From positions 48,424,001-48,488,000 of the forward strand of contig CM052817.1 of assembly GCA_028534125.1 (NCBI GenBank): 64,000 nucleotides of DNA. The letters run 5' to 3'. Position 1 is the first letter of the stretch; each line of letters starts with the position of its first letter. Of this stretch, positions 26,228 through 40,431 are shown one piece after another. Position numbers and translations under genes: made by a program. Source of the stretch: Lama glama (Eukaryota). Under the pieces are notes generated by a model. The model saw nothing but the letters and a program-made list of their open reading frames with translations. It did not search any database and was not told the DNA's origin.

Positions 26228-27899
26228 TCATAACCCTATCTCACAACGCCCTTATTTCCTCAGCTTCAACCACTTATAGTAGCCTTACAAGTAAGCTTCC
26301 AAGAACTGGAGGAAAATATTTGTATTTAACTCTTAAACTGCAACTCTTAACTTCTCTGCTTATTTGGTGGTACAGAAATATTCAAGAAACTATACCAAAT
26401 AGACTGAATAACCAAAACTGTTCTTTCACTTCTGATAATAATTATTTCTATTTATGAGGTCTTCACTTCAGATTTTAAACTACTGGTGGACAAAAATCAA
26501 AACCAAAAATGTTAGGTTTAACTTTTGGGGACTGTCAAGCACATGGGCAAAACAAGTTGAGAATTTATCAACTGCTACAATGTAACCTCACTGGAAAACT
26601 GTGTTCCAAATAGTGCAAAATAGTTTCAAAGAGTAACAGTGCTATATACATTAGTTAGAGCAAGATTTTTCTTATGTAGCTAATAATATACTTAAGGAAA
26701 AATGAATTTATCCTCTGCATGTCTGTAATTATTAAATACTGAGCCGTGGAAAAATAGGATACTATTGTATTTATATTCAGGAAATACCACCAAAACCTTC
26801 TCTATCCCCTAGTTTCAGCCAAATATGGTTCTCTTCCCTTCTTCAACCAATTTTAGCCACGAGTTCCCAAAGACACAGGCCCATCAGAAGCAGTCAAGAC
26901 ATCATCTACATTGCTATTTCAAAGGCAGCTTTTAAATTCTTGAAGAAATCAAACATCAGCAATGGAAAAAACACTCAAGAGAAGAAGCTTCAAGCCGAGA
27001 TGCTTGGATATCTTGATTCAAAATAGGGAACAAAGACTTTGATGAGGTCACAGTCCTCTCATCTAGCACTACTTATCTGACAAAATCAGTATCAACTTCT
27101 AGAATCAGCCTAAGAAAAACGTTTCACAAGCTCAAACATGTTAGGCAGGCTGACACAAGCCAGGCACCCCTTGTACATATCAGAAATATTAGCAAGTCCG
27201 CCTGCCGCTTAGCCTTCTGCGATCGCTCAGTTTTGCTTTTAAACACCCTAAAAAGGGTTAGTATTCTAGATATGAACATGTGAAAAGAAGGGTCAATTAA
27301 ATACTCAGGATTCAGGTGTCAATGCGATGACTAAATATTATAGGAGATGGGGAAAGAAGAGTATTAGAACAAAAAAAAATAATCTTTAAATGCTGATTTT
27401 CTCCACAACAGTAAAGGAGCATTTGGGATAAGTTTCAATCTCTGAGTTTTTATTAGCTTTCCAACCACAGATTAAACATAGGTAAATCACAACGAAGCCT
27501 TCAAAAGAGGAATTCCCCCGGTGTAAGGTCCTGTTTACCGAGGACCTGAGCCTTGTCTGCTGCCACCATACTCCCGCCGGCCATCCTAGCCTTCTGCCCA
27601 TCCCCCTCAACTCGTCTGCAATGAACGATAAGGGAAAAAATGACCAGCACTAAATGTGACGTTGAGTTGGCATTTACAAATGATTTGCAAAACAACTCCC
27701 TAATCAACCTAGGGCACACTACCTAGACCCTATTTGGCGGTTGTCTAAGAAGATAAAGTGGGCACTCTTCAGGAGAGCATGCTGGGAGGAGGGGCACCTC
27801 GGGGAAGCAAGACCCCAGACGGTCACCCGGGGGTCCTGACCCGCAAGCAGCCTCGTTAACTGTTAACGTCCACAGGACTTGTCACTCCAACTTCCCACC

Positions 27900-28900
27900 C
27901 CTAAAACCTACGTGGGGAATAGTAAAAAGGGTCCTGGGTGACGGGAGAAAGTAGGGGCTCTATCTTCTGCGCTTGGGACCCCCCCCCCTAAAAAAGCAAT
28001 GAACAGGAGAGACGGAGACAAGCGACGGGGCACACGCCGGATACGCGTCTTGCGGGAGAGTGAGATCTCTGTAGAGCGTGCAAACAAACGCAGGAGAGCG
28101 AGAGGTGGGGTGATGGAGAAATGCGGCGCGGCATCGGGATATGCTGAGGTTGGGGGTCCGGGGAGAGAGAGCCTCCCTGGGGGCTGGGGGGTTCCCCCGC
28201 GTGCTCGAAGCGAGCCGGGGAGGCGGTGGCCCTCAGGCAGCGCGAACGCTCGGGGCCGGTTCCCGGAGACCTCGGTGGGAACGCCCGGCGCGGGCAGCGC
28301 GAGCGGCCGGGCGGGGGCCCGAGGCCCAGGTCGCCCGAACAAAGCCAGCGCGCGCGGGCCTTGACTACTCACAACAAGAAGCTCATGTCGGCCGCGGTGC
28401 AGGCTGCGGGCGCGGCGGTCGCGAGGCCTTGGGGCGGCGGCGGCCAGGCAAGGAGAAGGAGGAGGAGGCGAGGATGGGGAGGAGGCGGGGAGCCCCGGCT
28501 GTTCGGCCGCCGCAACTTGTTCGGCTTTGCTAGTTCCAATGTTAGGCAGAGGGGGCGGAAGTGGGAAGCACACGGCTTGAATCACTCAATGGGAGGGGAA
28601 GGAAAGGGAGGCGGGGAAAGGGCCGCTAGCCTGCTCCCGGGAGAACAGCCGCCGCGGATCCTCCACCTCCAGTCCCCTGTCCCTTGCTGCTCCCACCTCG
28701 CGAGCTCTCGCGAGAGCGGCGCGCGCCCACCCCCGCCCCTCCCGCTGCGGCCCAAGTCCTCGCATTCCGGGCACCTTTGCAGCCCCGGACCACGCCCCGC
28801 GAGGACCCTGGGGCCGCCCGGCCGGTGGAGGCCAGGCCACCCGCTTGGGGGTCGTGGCCGAGCGCTCCGAGCTGCTTAGCTGGGTTTCCGCGGTCAGGAA
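27900..28900 (-). promoter_or_regulatory. MOB1B: CpG island / promoter and 5'UTR of MOB1B
   Basis: Very GC- and CpG-rich. GC box fused to an ETS core (GGGGCGGAAGT, ~28552-28562), CCAAT at ~28536, TCTCGCGAGA palindrome at 28706-28715. Confidence 0.85.
28373..28386 (-). CDS. MOB1B: MOB kinase activator 1B, coding part of exon 1 (M-S-F-L + 2 nt); remaining exons lie left of the window
   Basis: Minus strand reads gccgacATGAGCTTCTTGTT|gtgagt: good Kozak context, the MOB1 N-terminus MSFL(F), a canonical donor, inside a CpG island. Head-to-head synteny with GRSF1 favours MOB1B over MOB1A. Confidence 0.9.
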
Positions 28901-31729
28901 GGAAGTGGGCTTCAACTCTGAGGTGTCTCAGTCCTGCAGTGAGGGATGAATTGCCGCCAGAGTTCTGCCCACTGTGAGGGCTCAGTTGAAAGGTTATGGA
29001 GTCTCCCTGCTAGGTATATAAAAACAGGAGGGAATTTCATCTGGTTGGAATGGTTTGGGTGTGGTTCCCCCAGAAGAGAGGAAAGGATCTAAATGGGTTT
29101 TCAAGGTCTCTGTCGTATTATGGGCATATTTTAAAACCCTGAACTAGGAGATGGTCGGGGTCCATCACTGTCTCTACAGGCAAGCCAGGCTGTCGTCAGC
29201 AGCTGGGAAAACTGCTGTGGTGACATATTCAAGGTATGTGGAGCATTTTAAAATAGAGTCTAAAGCCTTGCCCTGGGCCCCTTAGCTATGAAATGCAAGT
29301 CCCTCTATGACGGGGACTGAATCCTTTCTAGCTTCTATAATGTCTTGTGCATCAGAGTGCTGGATGGCTGTGATGGACTTGAGCCTCACAAGTGCTTAAT
29401 TAGCATTGTCACTGATGACCAGGCTACCACAGCATTGTCAGTTTGGGTACCCATTAATTTACAAAGAGCTGTCCATCTTCTTTACTCACAACACCCATCA
29501 AATCCACGAATCAGTTTTCAAAGAATCTGAACAAAACTTTAAGTATGTGCTGCTAGTAACCCACTCTGGGCTAATAGAATGCCAATATGAAATGTACTCT
29601 GCTGAGTTTATGCACTATTAGTTTGGCATGTTGGTAAATCAAACCATTTTTAAAAACAGAAGAAATTATTGAAGATTTGATGCTATCTCAGGAACAGCAG
29701 AGGTCACTGGAGTAATTTGAAAAGACCAAAGTTTCCAAAGATGCTGGGAAGGAGAGGAAAGGAAGAATTATCTTACTATAATGAAAAGAATGGATTTATG
29801 GCATAAAATCCCTGTGTTCCAGATCTTGGTATGGGACTACCTTACTCTATAATTCCTTAAGGGTTTTCTGAAAGTAAGACTTGAATTACCAGATTAGGAT
29901 ATTATCTTTTACTTTGGGAAGAGTAAGTCAGTTAACCTATTGGAACAACAGTTTCACCCCTTTAAAATGAGGGCCTTAGTATTACACAATCCAAAGGTAT
30001 CTTCCAGTTCTAAAATTCTGTCATGCCAGGGGCATCCTTCACATGACTGGCAGTCAACTTCCATCTGCTCCCTGACTTGGTAGGCTGGCTTATGTACTGG
30101 TGCTTTTGGTCTAACACAGTTTAAATGAATCCTGTGACTCTCAGTCAGCACAATGATTGGCAGAGAACAGACTCTGCAAAAACACCTGCTGAGTTCTTCT
30201 TTATCATACCACTAGGAGAATTGTCTGAAATTAACAGCTGATAAAACTTAAATATATTGGTCCTAAAAACATGAGAAGTGTCATGTTAATAATAGAGAAT
30301 ATAATTCCAGAGGTTAGACATTTAAATCAAACAATGGGCTATCACTTAAAATTATTCGACACTTCAAAACTTTGGGGCAATTTAGAATCAAAGAGAGGAT
30401 ATATTCAAATAGAGATTTCTAATTCCGATTTCTGCTTCACCAGTCAATATTTCATACTGCTCTTTTCCTACAATTTCAATTTCAAGAAGTTACTCTCCTG
30501 ATCAAACTCTTATTTTGTTGATAAATCTTTGCTTATGAAGCAAGATTATTAACGTTTGTATTCTAACCACCAGTTTTCAAAGAATTGGAATTATGACACA
30601 AATAGAATGAATAGTCTTCACTTTCTTCAGATATTCACTTAAGTTACTTTCTTGTAATAATAAACGAGTAAGTATATTTACATATAAATATAAACAAACA
30701 AGATAATTATAAATTGTGATGTGATATAATATAATGAGACTCACAGGCCTAAGCCAGAGATCTGGATTTTATCTGAAGAACATTGAGAAGTCAGTTGGGA
30801 AGTAAAATAGTAAGGTAAAATAAATAATCTGAATAATATTTTATTTTTTTAATGTGGAAAATTTCAAACATATACAAAGGGGAAGAAATTAGCATAACAA
30901 ATCCATCACACAGCTTCAACAATTATCAGCTCATGATCCTTGGCTAACATTTTAGACAGATCACTCCCCTTGTGGAAAATGGACTAGAGGGGCCAACATG
31001 TCAGCAGGGAAGCCAGAAGACTGTTGTAACAGTTCAGTTGTTTCTCAGCAATTGTGACTTGGTTTAGGGTGGTGTCATTAATAATAGAAGAAAATAATCT
31101 CCAGGTAAAACCAACAGCACTTGGTGACTGATTGACTGATTGATTATGGGGATTGGAGAAAAGACTTCAACGATTACTCCTGTTTTTTGGCTTTAGTAAC
31201 AGGTGGGTGGTGCTGCCAATTATTGAAGTAGGGAAAATCTGAGTCACAATTTTGAGGTGAAACTAAAAGTTCCATTTTAGATATGTTAACACTTAAATGT
31301 CTTTTAGACATCAAAATAGCCATGTCAGGTAGAGTTTTGACTACTGTACAAAGCCTGGGGAGAGATCTGAACTGGAAGGATGAATGCGGGAGTCCGAAGT
31401 AAATAAGTAGAATTCAGAGCCATAAGGTGGGCTTCCAAATAGGAATTTATATGCCAGATAAGAACAGGCATAGCAAAGTGTTACATTTAAGCATCTGTGT
31501 TCTGTCTTCTTTTCTCAGATATTTCAAATTTCTGATCACCATTTACTTCCTCTCCCTTGGCTGTATTTATATTCTCCTTTTCTCTCAGGGTGAGGGTTTC
31601 TACAACCTTAAGGAAAATGATTCATCATACCTTGTTACAGCATAAATTAATCACTTCCAATGTGTTAATTAACATGTTACCCTTCCCCAAGAAGACACCG
31701 CTAGAGCCAAGTTTCCAAACAGATGAAAG

Positions 31730-32570
31730 GAAATTTCTCCTTATAGAAATATTTCAGTTTTAAAGAAAAGAAATAGGAATGATTGAATTATTATTAGAAT
31801 ATCACCATTTTTGCAATTCCTACTGGATTAATGGCTCTAGACACTGATCACCAACAGCTGAGAGAGACAACCACATTGTATGTGCATCCTGATGGAAGAA
31901 TAGATCATCACCTGTAAAGAAGTCTTGACAACAAAATAGAACCTGAATCTGGTCAAGCCTTTAAATCAAATTTATCAAATTACAGAAATACAGGGAACAG
32001 AAGAATATGGTAAAGAACATGTGAAATGACACCACCTGGATACAGTCAGCAAAATCCAAACTGGGGAAACTGTGCAGGATCTAGTTTCTTCACTAAATGG
32101 ATTGCAGGGAAAAGTAGAGCTGAAGGAGAAACTTAGAGGTCGAAAGAAATATGAGACGTATCAACCAACGGTAATGTGTAGATTAATTTGCATCCCGATT
32201 CAAACAAGCAACCTGAAAAAGAATAACAACAAATAGTTATTTGTTATAAATGTCATTTATAGACAATTGAAAAATTTAAACACTGGATATTTGATGTTAC
32301 TAAGGAGTGATTATTAATTGCGGTGATGATGTTGTGGCTATGTTTTTATAAGAGCCCTTACTTTTTAGAAATATGTACTGAAATATTTACAGATGAAATA
32401 ATATGGGATTTGCTTCAGAATAATGTGTGAGAGGAAAGGAAGTAGGAGTGTACAGGAAGCAAGATTGGCTGTGAGTGATAATTGTTGAAGCCAGGTGATG
32501 AGCACGTTAGGATCATTATACTGTGCTGTCTGCTTTTGTTTAGTTTTGAAATTTTCTACAAGGAAAAGAA
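31730..32570 (+). mobile_element. Old L1 (L1MC/L1ME-like) 3'UTR
   Basis: 'aacctgaatctggtcaagcct', 'ctggatatttgatgttactaagga', 'gtactgaaatatttacagatgaaat'. Confidence 0.75.
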
Positions 32571-35500
32571 AGTGAGCAAGTAACAGGTCTCATTCTGAAA
32601 AGGCCGAGGAAAAGTGTTGTTATTAATAAGAATTCAAATATTCAAATGTTGATATAGAAGATGAATTTTGAGGCTAAAGAGTTCTTTCCTTGCCCTCACA
32701 TTCTCCGACTTTTTCTGCCTGTATCTAAAAAGGTGTTCTTTTATCTGTAAAACTCAAAGCAAATGCTCCGAATGCCAGAGAGAAGAAATGCTGGATTCAA
32801 ACCCTGTGGCTAAATCTGAACCTCAGTTATTTCTTGGGTAGCTGTTCTTTTCTGATTCAGAAATGTGATCTGACTCTGAAAGAATAGATGCCTGAACAAC
32901 AAACACTAGATAAAGTGTACCTGGGCAGCAGATCCTTAGTAACCTGATAAAACACGTTCTGTTGTGCAGGACTGTTTTGGTTTCGTAATATCTACATTGA
33001 TGTGGTAATTGGTCCTTCTAATTAGTTTATTGCATAATAGTATTTTCATTTTTTTAGCTATCATTGACTGAATATTTCTGAGGGGTCAGTCACTCTGCTA
33101 GGCTTTTCATATATTTTACCCCTTTCATTTATTCCTTGCACTGCCCCTGAGGTATTGATAGCAGGTGTTATTTCCCTCTTGTATAGACAGGGAAGCTAGT
33201 GATGAGAGATTATGTATGTAACTTGCTCAAGATCACATAGCTAGTAAGTACAATCTGAATTCAGTACAGCCCATTTCCTTCCCCTCTTCCCAGGATGACC
33301 TAAATTAGAATGAATATATTCTAAATGAATTTTGGCATGCTACACAATTCCACTTAACATAGCTAGCAATTCATCTTGATCCTTAATCAATGCTCTTTAG
33401 ATTTTAATTCTGTATCTTCATTAACTACAAACAAATGAATAATTATAAATGCTCCTCAAGGACATATTATTTTAATGTCATAGAAAAGAATGAAAGTATT
33501 AAATGTTGGTTCATGAGGCTTTGTGTCTCTCTGCATTCATTTGTCACTAAAAGCCATAAAGCATCAAAGCACAAAGCTTTTTATTTAATAATGTTACAGT
33601 GGAAGAAGGATCTTCCCTTGATCCCAAACCTAACCCCTACCCTTCCCTTCAAGCTGTTCGTTCCTTTAAGAATGAAGTTTGGGCACTAGAATGCTAGATG
33701 TAAGAGAATGATGAGGTGCAAATCATTAGTTACCCACTCAACAAGTATTTATTGTCTGTTATGGGCCTCTGTGAGCAAAAAACAAGGATATATCCTGCCA
33801 TCATGAATCTGTAGATCATTGGGAAATACAGGCAATCAAACAAAAGCAAAATTAGAAATTGAGTAAGAAATTGTCAGGAAGGAAAGTCCATGTTGTATGT
33901 GAGTGTTTTACAGGTGCCTCACCTATTTTGATGGTCAGAGAATTGGATCCTGTGCATTCAGAAATGAATAGTATGTATTTACTCCTGGCGTTTAAATTCA
34001 TGTTATATGTATAAACAACATAGTTTAATAAAGCTTGTACTTCCCCTCTTATCATTGCCAAACGCTTTCGTTGTCTTGAAGCACTGTGATACAGAAATTC
34101 ATTTTTGTTTTTGAGAAGCCAATCTTTTAGAACTTTTCAGAAGGTGCTACTTTGAGTATAATTTTGAGGATCTAGGTTTATGGGACAATATCCTAAAAGA
34201 TTTCTTGCATAGACCTTGCACTTGCTCAGTAAGTGTTGAATTTCTTGATCTGACAAGTTTACTATTGTTTATAATTAATTGTTTTTCCCACTAAACTTAA
34301 ACCATGTAGCCACTTTTCCAGTCAGCTGCAGGGGGGGGAGGAGGAGAAAGACTCCTTTTTGAACCTATTCAGAGCTGCTTTTCCCCAATTGATAGGACAT
34401 TGCCAAGGTCAGAAAGCCTAAAATTAACTCCAGCAGCTGTGTTTTGGTTTGCTTCATATAGCACATGGGCTCAGGGGGCTCAGTCTGCAAGGCTTGCTTG
34501 CTGCTTAAATCTGCTGTGCTCTTAAGTTTGTTTGCCTGGAGTGTGCGTTGTGCACAAGATGTGGTAACTAAGCAGCTTGAAAGAATATGGGGACTAAACA
34601 AATACGTCTCTCCTTTAATCTGAAAAAAAAAAGCCTAGCAACAGTGTGGTGGGTGTAGGGGTGGGGGATGGAGGAGTCTGAGCATGTCAGATGAGAGGCT
34701 TAATTTCTAACCTTGCTGAAGCTTCCCAGAGAGCAGGCTGCTGACGTGCTGTCAAAGACCAGGAGATGATGGTGTAGTTTCAAGGAGTCTATGTTTTTAG
34801 CCCACCCATCTCCATGAGGTCCTTAACATGAAGGACCATATATAGGCAGAGAGAGTAACCGAACTGGCTGCAACTTAAAAATACCCTAAGAATCAGCAGC
34901 TGTTACTTTCACCCACACAAATTCACAGTTGGCTTAATTAAATTGTGCCTGTTCTCAAGCCCTGCAACCCTTTGGGTTGTGCCCTAGGTACTTAGGTTGC
35001 CTCCCCCATCTCCATTCCGTTCATCAGTGTAACTTACAGCAGAATGGATGAATGCAAAGGGTCACCTTATGAGCAGTCTGGTTTGCATCAATGTAAGTAA
35101 TGAAATGTGGAAGTCAAGTCTTGAATCCCTGCTTGTGTAACCACTGGACTCCGGGGACCCTAGGCAGTCCCTAGTCTTGGCCATTTGTTCTCTCTTGCTC
35201 ATGGCTGTTACCACACCCTCTTCTTGGCATCTTTCTTATGTTTTCCATCGTTGTCATAGTCACAACCTGAGCAAGCCACAGTCCTCTTAGAGCTGGAGAC
35301 ATGAGCTACTGCTTTACATGGTATAATTCCCCTGTCCTGAACCAACAGGAATCTGGCCCCATAGTCAAACTATTTGTTTTCCCTCAGGAGAAATATTCCA
35401 ACTGTCCCAGATCACTGTCCTTAAGGTTGTTTGGCATCAGGGCAACCAGGAAGCATCTATAGGGAAGGAGACCAAGATACTCAGCCCCACCCTGAAATAT

Positions 35501-37847
35501 CTGACCCAGAATATCCAGATCCCTTATTTATAGTCTGTACTCTGTGTTTCCACACCAGTCATTCCTTTTGAGTACAGGACAAAGGGATTTAGTAAAATAA
35601 AACCACAATGGGCAGGAAAATTTCCTATCCAAAGTAGAACTTTTAAAGGAGGTGATCTTGTAATGCACTCCTTATGAAGGATCTATCTGAGATCGCCCTG
35701 GAACACTGCAGAATTAGGGACCATTTACAAGATTCAGTCAGTAACATTCATTGAAGATCTACCATGAACCAGTTACCCATGGTAAGGGTGACGGTACAAA
35801 AGAAATACACAACATTACAACCCTCAAGGAGCTGGTTTCTAGTGGCAGAGATTCACATATAAATAACATAATTACAGCATGAAATCATCCCTCTTGTTAC
35901 AGGATTATATGGAAAGGGCTATAGGAACCCAGCTAGTGAGTGTTAATTTAAGGAGGAAGATTGGATCAGAGAGAGTTTTACCCAAAAAGCAAGTCCTAAA
36001 GGGTTAGTAGATTTTCTCCAGGTAAGGAAGGTGATAGAGACGTAAGAGGCAGACACAAGGTATTGCAGAAAGATGATGGAGCATATATAAAGCCCAGAGG
36101 CATGAAAAAATTACACGTGTAGGTAAAGGAAATGTTAACTGCTGCAATGATTTATACCTTATTATGATCTCTCATTCATTTGACTTAAATATTTATTAAG
36201 CTTTGGGGATATACTAGGGTACAAAACTAAGTCTCTACCCCAAGAAGTTTACATTGTAATGAGGAGGAGGTATTCTGAATTTGTCAATGTATTAACTGTC
36301 TAGTTGTATTTGCATTTTAATTATCCCTAATCATGACATGAAATCCCAAGTCTTATTAAAGGAATATTTTAAAAGAATAAAGGTATCAAGAATCAAGTAG
36401 GGAGGAAATTCTGGAGTCACAGTTTCAAGACAAAAGCAGACATGAGTTCCAATGCTCGTTTGAACTCTGCTTTAGTTGATATCACAGAGTCTCACAAACC
36501 CAGTCCTACAGGAGGTGCTGTGAATATTTAAAGTACAGCCTTTAGCCATAGACTCAATGGCTGCATGGTCAGTTGCCGGGTCTAAAATTGGAGTAGGCAT
36601 GTGTGTGCAAAGAAATTAGGATTGACCCACAACACTGTTCTCAGGAGCAAAGCCTCCCCTTTCTCCCCTTCTTCTTTCCTCCCCCTGGCAACCTCCAGCG
36701 ACCTGTGTCATCTATCAGAGTCACTATCTCAGGGCTGTCATGCTTGCCAATTCCATAAATCTTCCCTAGATCATCAATAGCCTTCACAGGAGTGGGGATG
36801 GGGGGAGGGGGTGGCTACACAGCATGGCTCAAAAGGCCAGTTCCTCTCAGGAGGCCTCAGTGATTACTCTGGATAAAGCAGCTCTTTGTTCCCTGTGATA
36901 CTCTGGAGCCAACCGTTGCTGCCTGTCCTGCCATGGCTCTCAGAGAACTTGTGTAATCATGGAAGAATGTGAGAATCTAAGCCAGTGCTGGAAATAGATC
37001 ACAGGATCTTCAGGAAATAAGAGAAACTAATATTTATTTTCTATTGTGTGATTTTCTGCCAGTAATCTTGCAAGACTCTTTATATCTCATTTAATTCTGA
37101 ACACATCCCTAGGAGGCAGATGTTATTGGCCCAGTTCTCTGGATGAGGATATTAAATCACATCTAATATATGTGGTATCAGATCCAGAATTTGAACCTAG
37201 ATTTACCTAATTAGTGGGGAATCAAAACATCCTAGAGCTTTATATGGTTGAAGGGTTGGGATTTTAAGTGGAACGGAAACACAGCATTATATAACATTGA
37301 GTTACATAATAAGAAATTTGCCCCCTTTAAATTCATTTTCGTTTCTTCTGATTGTATCAAGAAGGAAATCTTGGTTTGATGCTAGTATGTCTTAAACACC
37401 TTTCTAATACTTCGTTTCCCTTTCTAAGAATTAGACCCAGAGACGTCAGCAGGCAGCAATATCTAGGTAGAGCTTAATAATGTTTGCCCTTATTGAATTT
37501 ATTTATGTTCTTCTACTGTGGAAGGCATGTGATGCTGATTTTCATTTGTAGTGGTGATACAAAGTAAGGCCTATTGGTTACGCTCAGGATCTCCAGCATC
37601 ATACCGTCCAGATTCAGCTACTTTCTACCTGTTTGACCTTGGGCAAGTTAATCAACCCTCAGTTTCCTCCCCTGTAAAATAAGTTTAATGGTATTAGCTA
37701 TCACATAAGCTTGGTGTGTGGATTCAGTGAGATGTTGTGGGTTAAGCACTTAGAAAAATAATGTAAAAAAAAAGAAAAATATTTAAGATATACTGTTGCT
37801 CAATAAATGTTTTTGTGAAATTTAAAAGAAAGTGAACTGATTTAAGT

Positions 37848-38054
37848 CGGGATTTCTCATCCTTGATACTGCTGACGTTATGGGCCAGATAATTCTTTAT
37901 TAGAGGCTGTGCTGTGTATTATAGGATGTTTAGGAGTATCTCTGCCCTCCGTCCACTAGATGCCAGTAGCTCCCAGTTGTGACAAACAAAAAACTTAACA
38001 GACATTGCCAAATGTTCTCCTGGGGGCAGAATCACCCCTGATTGAGAACCACTG
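37848..38054. mobile_element. MER20-like hAT-Charlie MITE
   Basis: 'gggccagataattcttt...ccactagatgccagtagc...cagacattgccaaatgt...ttgagaaccactg'. Confidence 0.88.
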
Positions 38055-39559
38055 ATTTAGAGGAAAATATCAGATAAAAACTATATTTAGATATGACAAC
38101 CATTTCAACATATAATGGGAGAAACTGAAGTTTGGGAAACACTGCTCTAAGACAGTGCTATTTGAAATTAAATTCTAAAAATCAGAGAGTACTATTTTTA
38201 GTTGCAGGTTTTGGACTATGTTCTAAGTTTCCTATCAAAGCTAAAAATACTCAAACAACTTAGAAGGGGCTAGACTAGTAAGTGCATGAAATTCACCCCT
38301 CCTTTTTTTACTTCCTTTTTCTTCTCCTGCCTTCTCTTCCAGTCTGCCACCCAACACCTCCCTCTGCACACACACCCATGAGCTGACAGGCAACATCTTT
38401 TGTCCAGACTTCTTATACCCCTGCCTCCCAAAGCAGGGTGCTCTTCCCTTCTCCCAAGGCTCTAGTCCCTGCTTTTTGAATGCATGTACATGTAAAAATG
38501 TAACTGATGCCATATCACTTAGTATGTTTTCAGTAACAGACGGCAAAAGACTACAACCTCAAATGGTTGAAATTAGGAGGAAATCTATCGGCTTGCAGAA
38601 ATGAAGGTCAGAGATTGGGAGGTCTCTAAGTGATGTTAATTCCGTGGCTCCAGCTCCATTTTTCTACAGTTCCCTTGAGTCTGGCCAGCTTCATCCTCTG
38701 CTTCGTGGTGAATTGGCTACAGCAGTTTGGGACCTCGCACTCACACCCAACCATATTCAGAGCATGTTAAAAGAAATTTGTCTCTGGAAGTTATCCCATG
38801 CCTTTAATGAAAGTTCAGCCTTAGGTTGTTCAGCCTTGTAAATTGTTTGCTTTCAATGATTTTCAATGATGCCAAAAAACTCTTATCTCTGAAGTTCATT
38901 AGTTTACTGGGTTGTTGATAGATTAAATGAGGTAAGTGAAAGCACTGTAAACTGGTTTGTAAACTGATAGGTAATTGTTAAGATATCTTTTCTTGGAAGG
39001 GTCTTTTTAAAAAGAATAATAAATCTACTCAACTAGTCATTCATAGTAGAGTTTATTATGCAAACACTCATGGAACAACAATGGGGAGTGAATGTCAAAC
39101 AAACCTTAAAACTGGTGCCTTAATAAAGCCAAGTAAGTCTCAAGGAGACCTGGTGATTGACTCTAGAGTCAAGACGGCTCTGGAGTACTCGGCAATGGAA
39201 TTCACAAACCTTATTATGCTCTGCATTGGTGTGACCTTGCTATATTAAATGTTTCTACTTTCTTCCATCCTGCTCCCAACTGGCTAATTATTTCTGCATT
39301 TGTAATTCAAATTGCCAGGATGGGGATGATGATTGACTTAGCCAATAATTCATCTATTTTTGGACAAAACCGTTTACCTGGGCCACATTAGAGGCCACTT
39401 GCCAGCTTGTAGGGAGAATGCGCTTGGTCTCCATGATTGATTAATAATGTGTTTCATAACCTAAATGAATGTCATTTCACACTACATAGTGTGTTTTTGC
39501 ACACATCAAGAAGTTGGTTTAAGTAAATGGAACATGTGAATACATCAGTGCTCCCTAAT

Positions 39560-40430
39560 TAAACTGTAAATTTAATGCAATTCTCTACCCAAAAAATAAA
39601 CCCACAGATGGAGATTTAAAAAAAAAAAAAGAATTTTCAGAAAAACTTAAATGTGCAAGTTTAGTAAAACTTTAACCAAAAATTTAAAAAATAAAGGTAG
39701 TGAGAGCTGGTCAGCTTACCAGTTATTAAAACATTATAAAATTACAATGTTTAAAAATTTATAAAGAAAGCTAGATCAATGGAACAGAAGGAACAGAGAC
39801 AAAAAATATATAAAATTAATGCAAGAAAAATAGATTATTCAGTAATTGATGATGAGACAACTGGATAGCCATCTGAAAAATCCTGGATCACTACTTTAAT
39901 TTCTTATGCCAAATTATATTGTAAGTGGATCAAAGTTTTACACATAAAAATTGAGTCATAAAAATGCTAGAAAAAACACTGAAGAATTTCTAATAACCTC
40001 ATTAAGGAGAAAACCCTTCAAGCTTGACATAACTCCAGAATCCAAATCCACACAGATATTCACAGCAGATATTGAGAAATCCGGTAAATGAAAAATAATG
40101 TGCCAATAGTGAAGATATTAATAACAAAATATTTAAATGGATAAATTAGGGGAAATATTTACAGCATATTACAGAGGTAGTCCTTATTTCTTTGCTTTAT
40201 AAGCAGCTCTTTTAATTCAGTAAGAAAAGATCACAACACAATTTTTTAAAACGGGGAAAAATACATAAATAGAATGTTTTACAGCTATTAAATAGATGAG
40301 GCACATTCATATAAACTGATTTTGGATGATCTTTCAAATTATTACTAAGAGATAAAAGCAAAGATACAGAAAAACAGTATCTATTATTTATTTTAAAAAA
40401 GTAAGAGGGAGGGAAGTATTTGAAAGACTG
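39560..40430 (+). mobile_element. Old L1 ORF2 3' fragments
   Basis: A-rich; 'tagatcaatggaacagaa' and 'gacaactggatagccatctg'. Confidence 0.65.
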
Positions 40431-40431
40431 G

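Noticed and set aside
1..28372. Further canonical MOB1B coding exons (GSRSSKTFKPKK...)
   Set aside because: Not found; exon 2 must lie to the left of the window.
27908..28977. Overlapping 100-225 aa ORFs at the MOB1B 5' end
   Set aside because: Pro/Arg/Gly-rich shadow frames of a CpG island, with no recognisable domain; only the 14-nt coding exon is supported.
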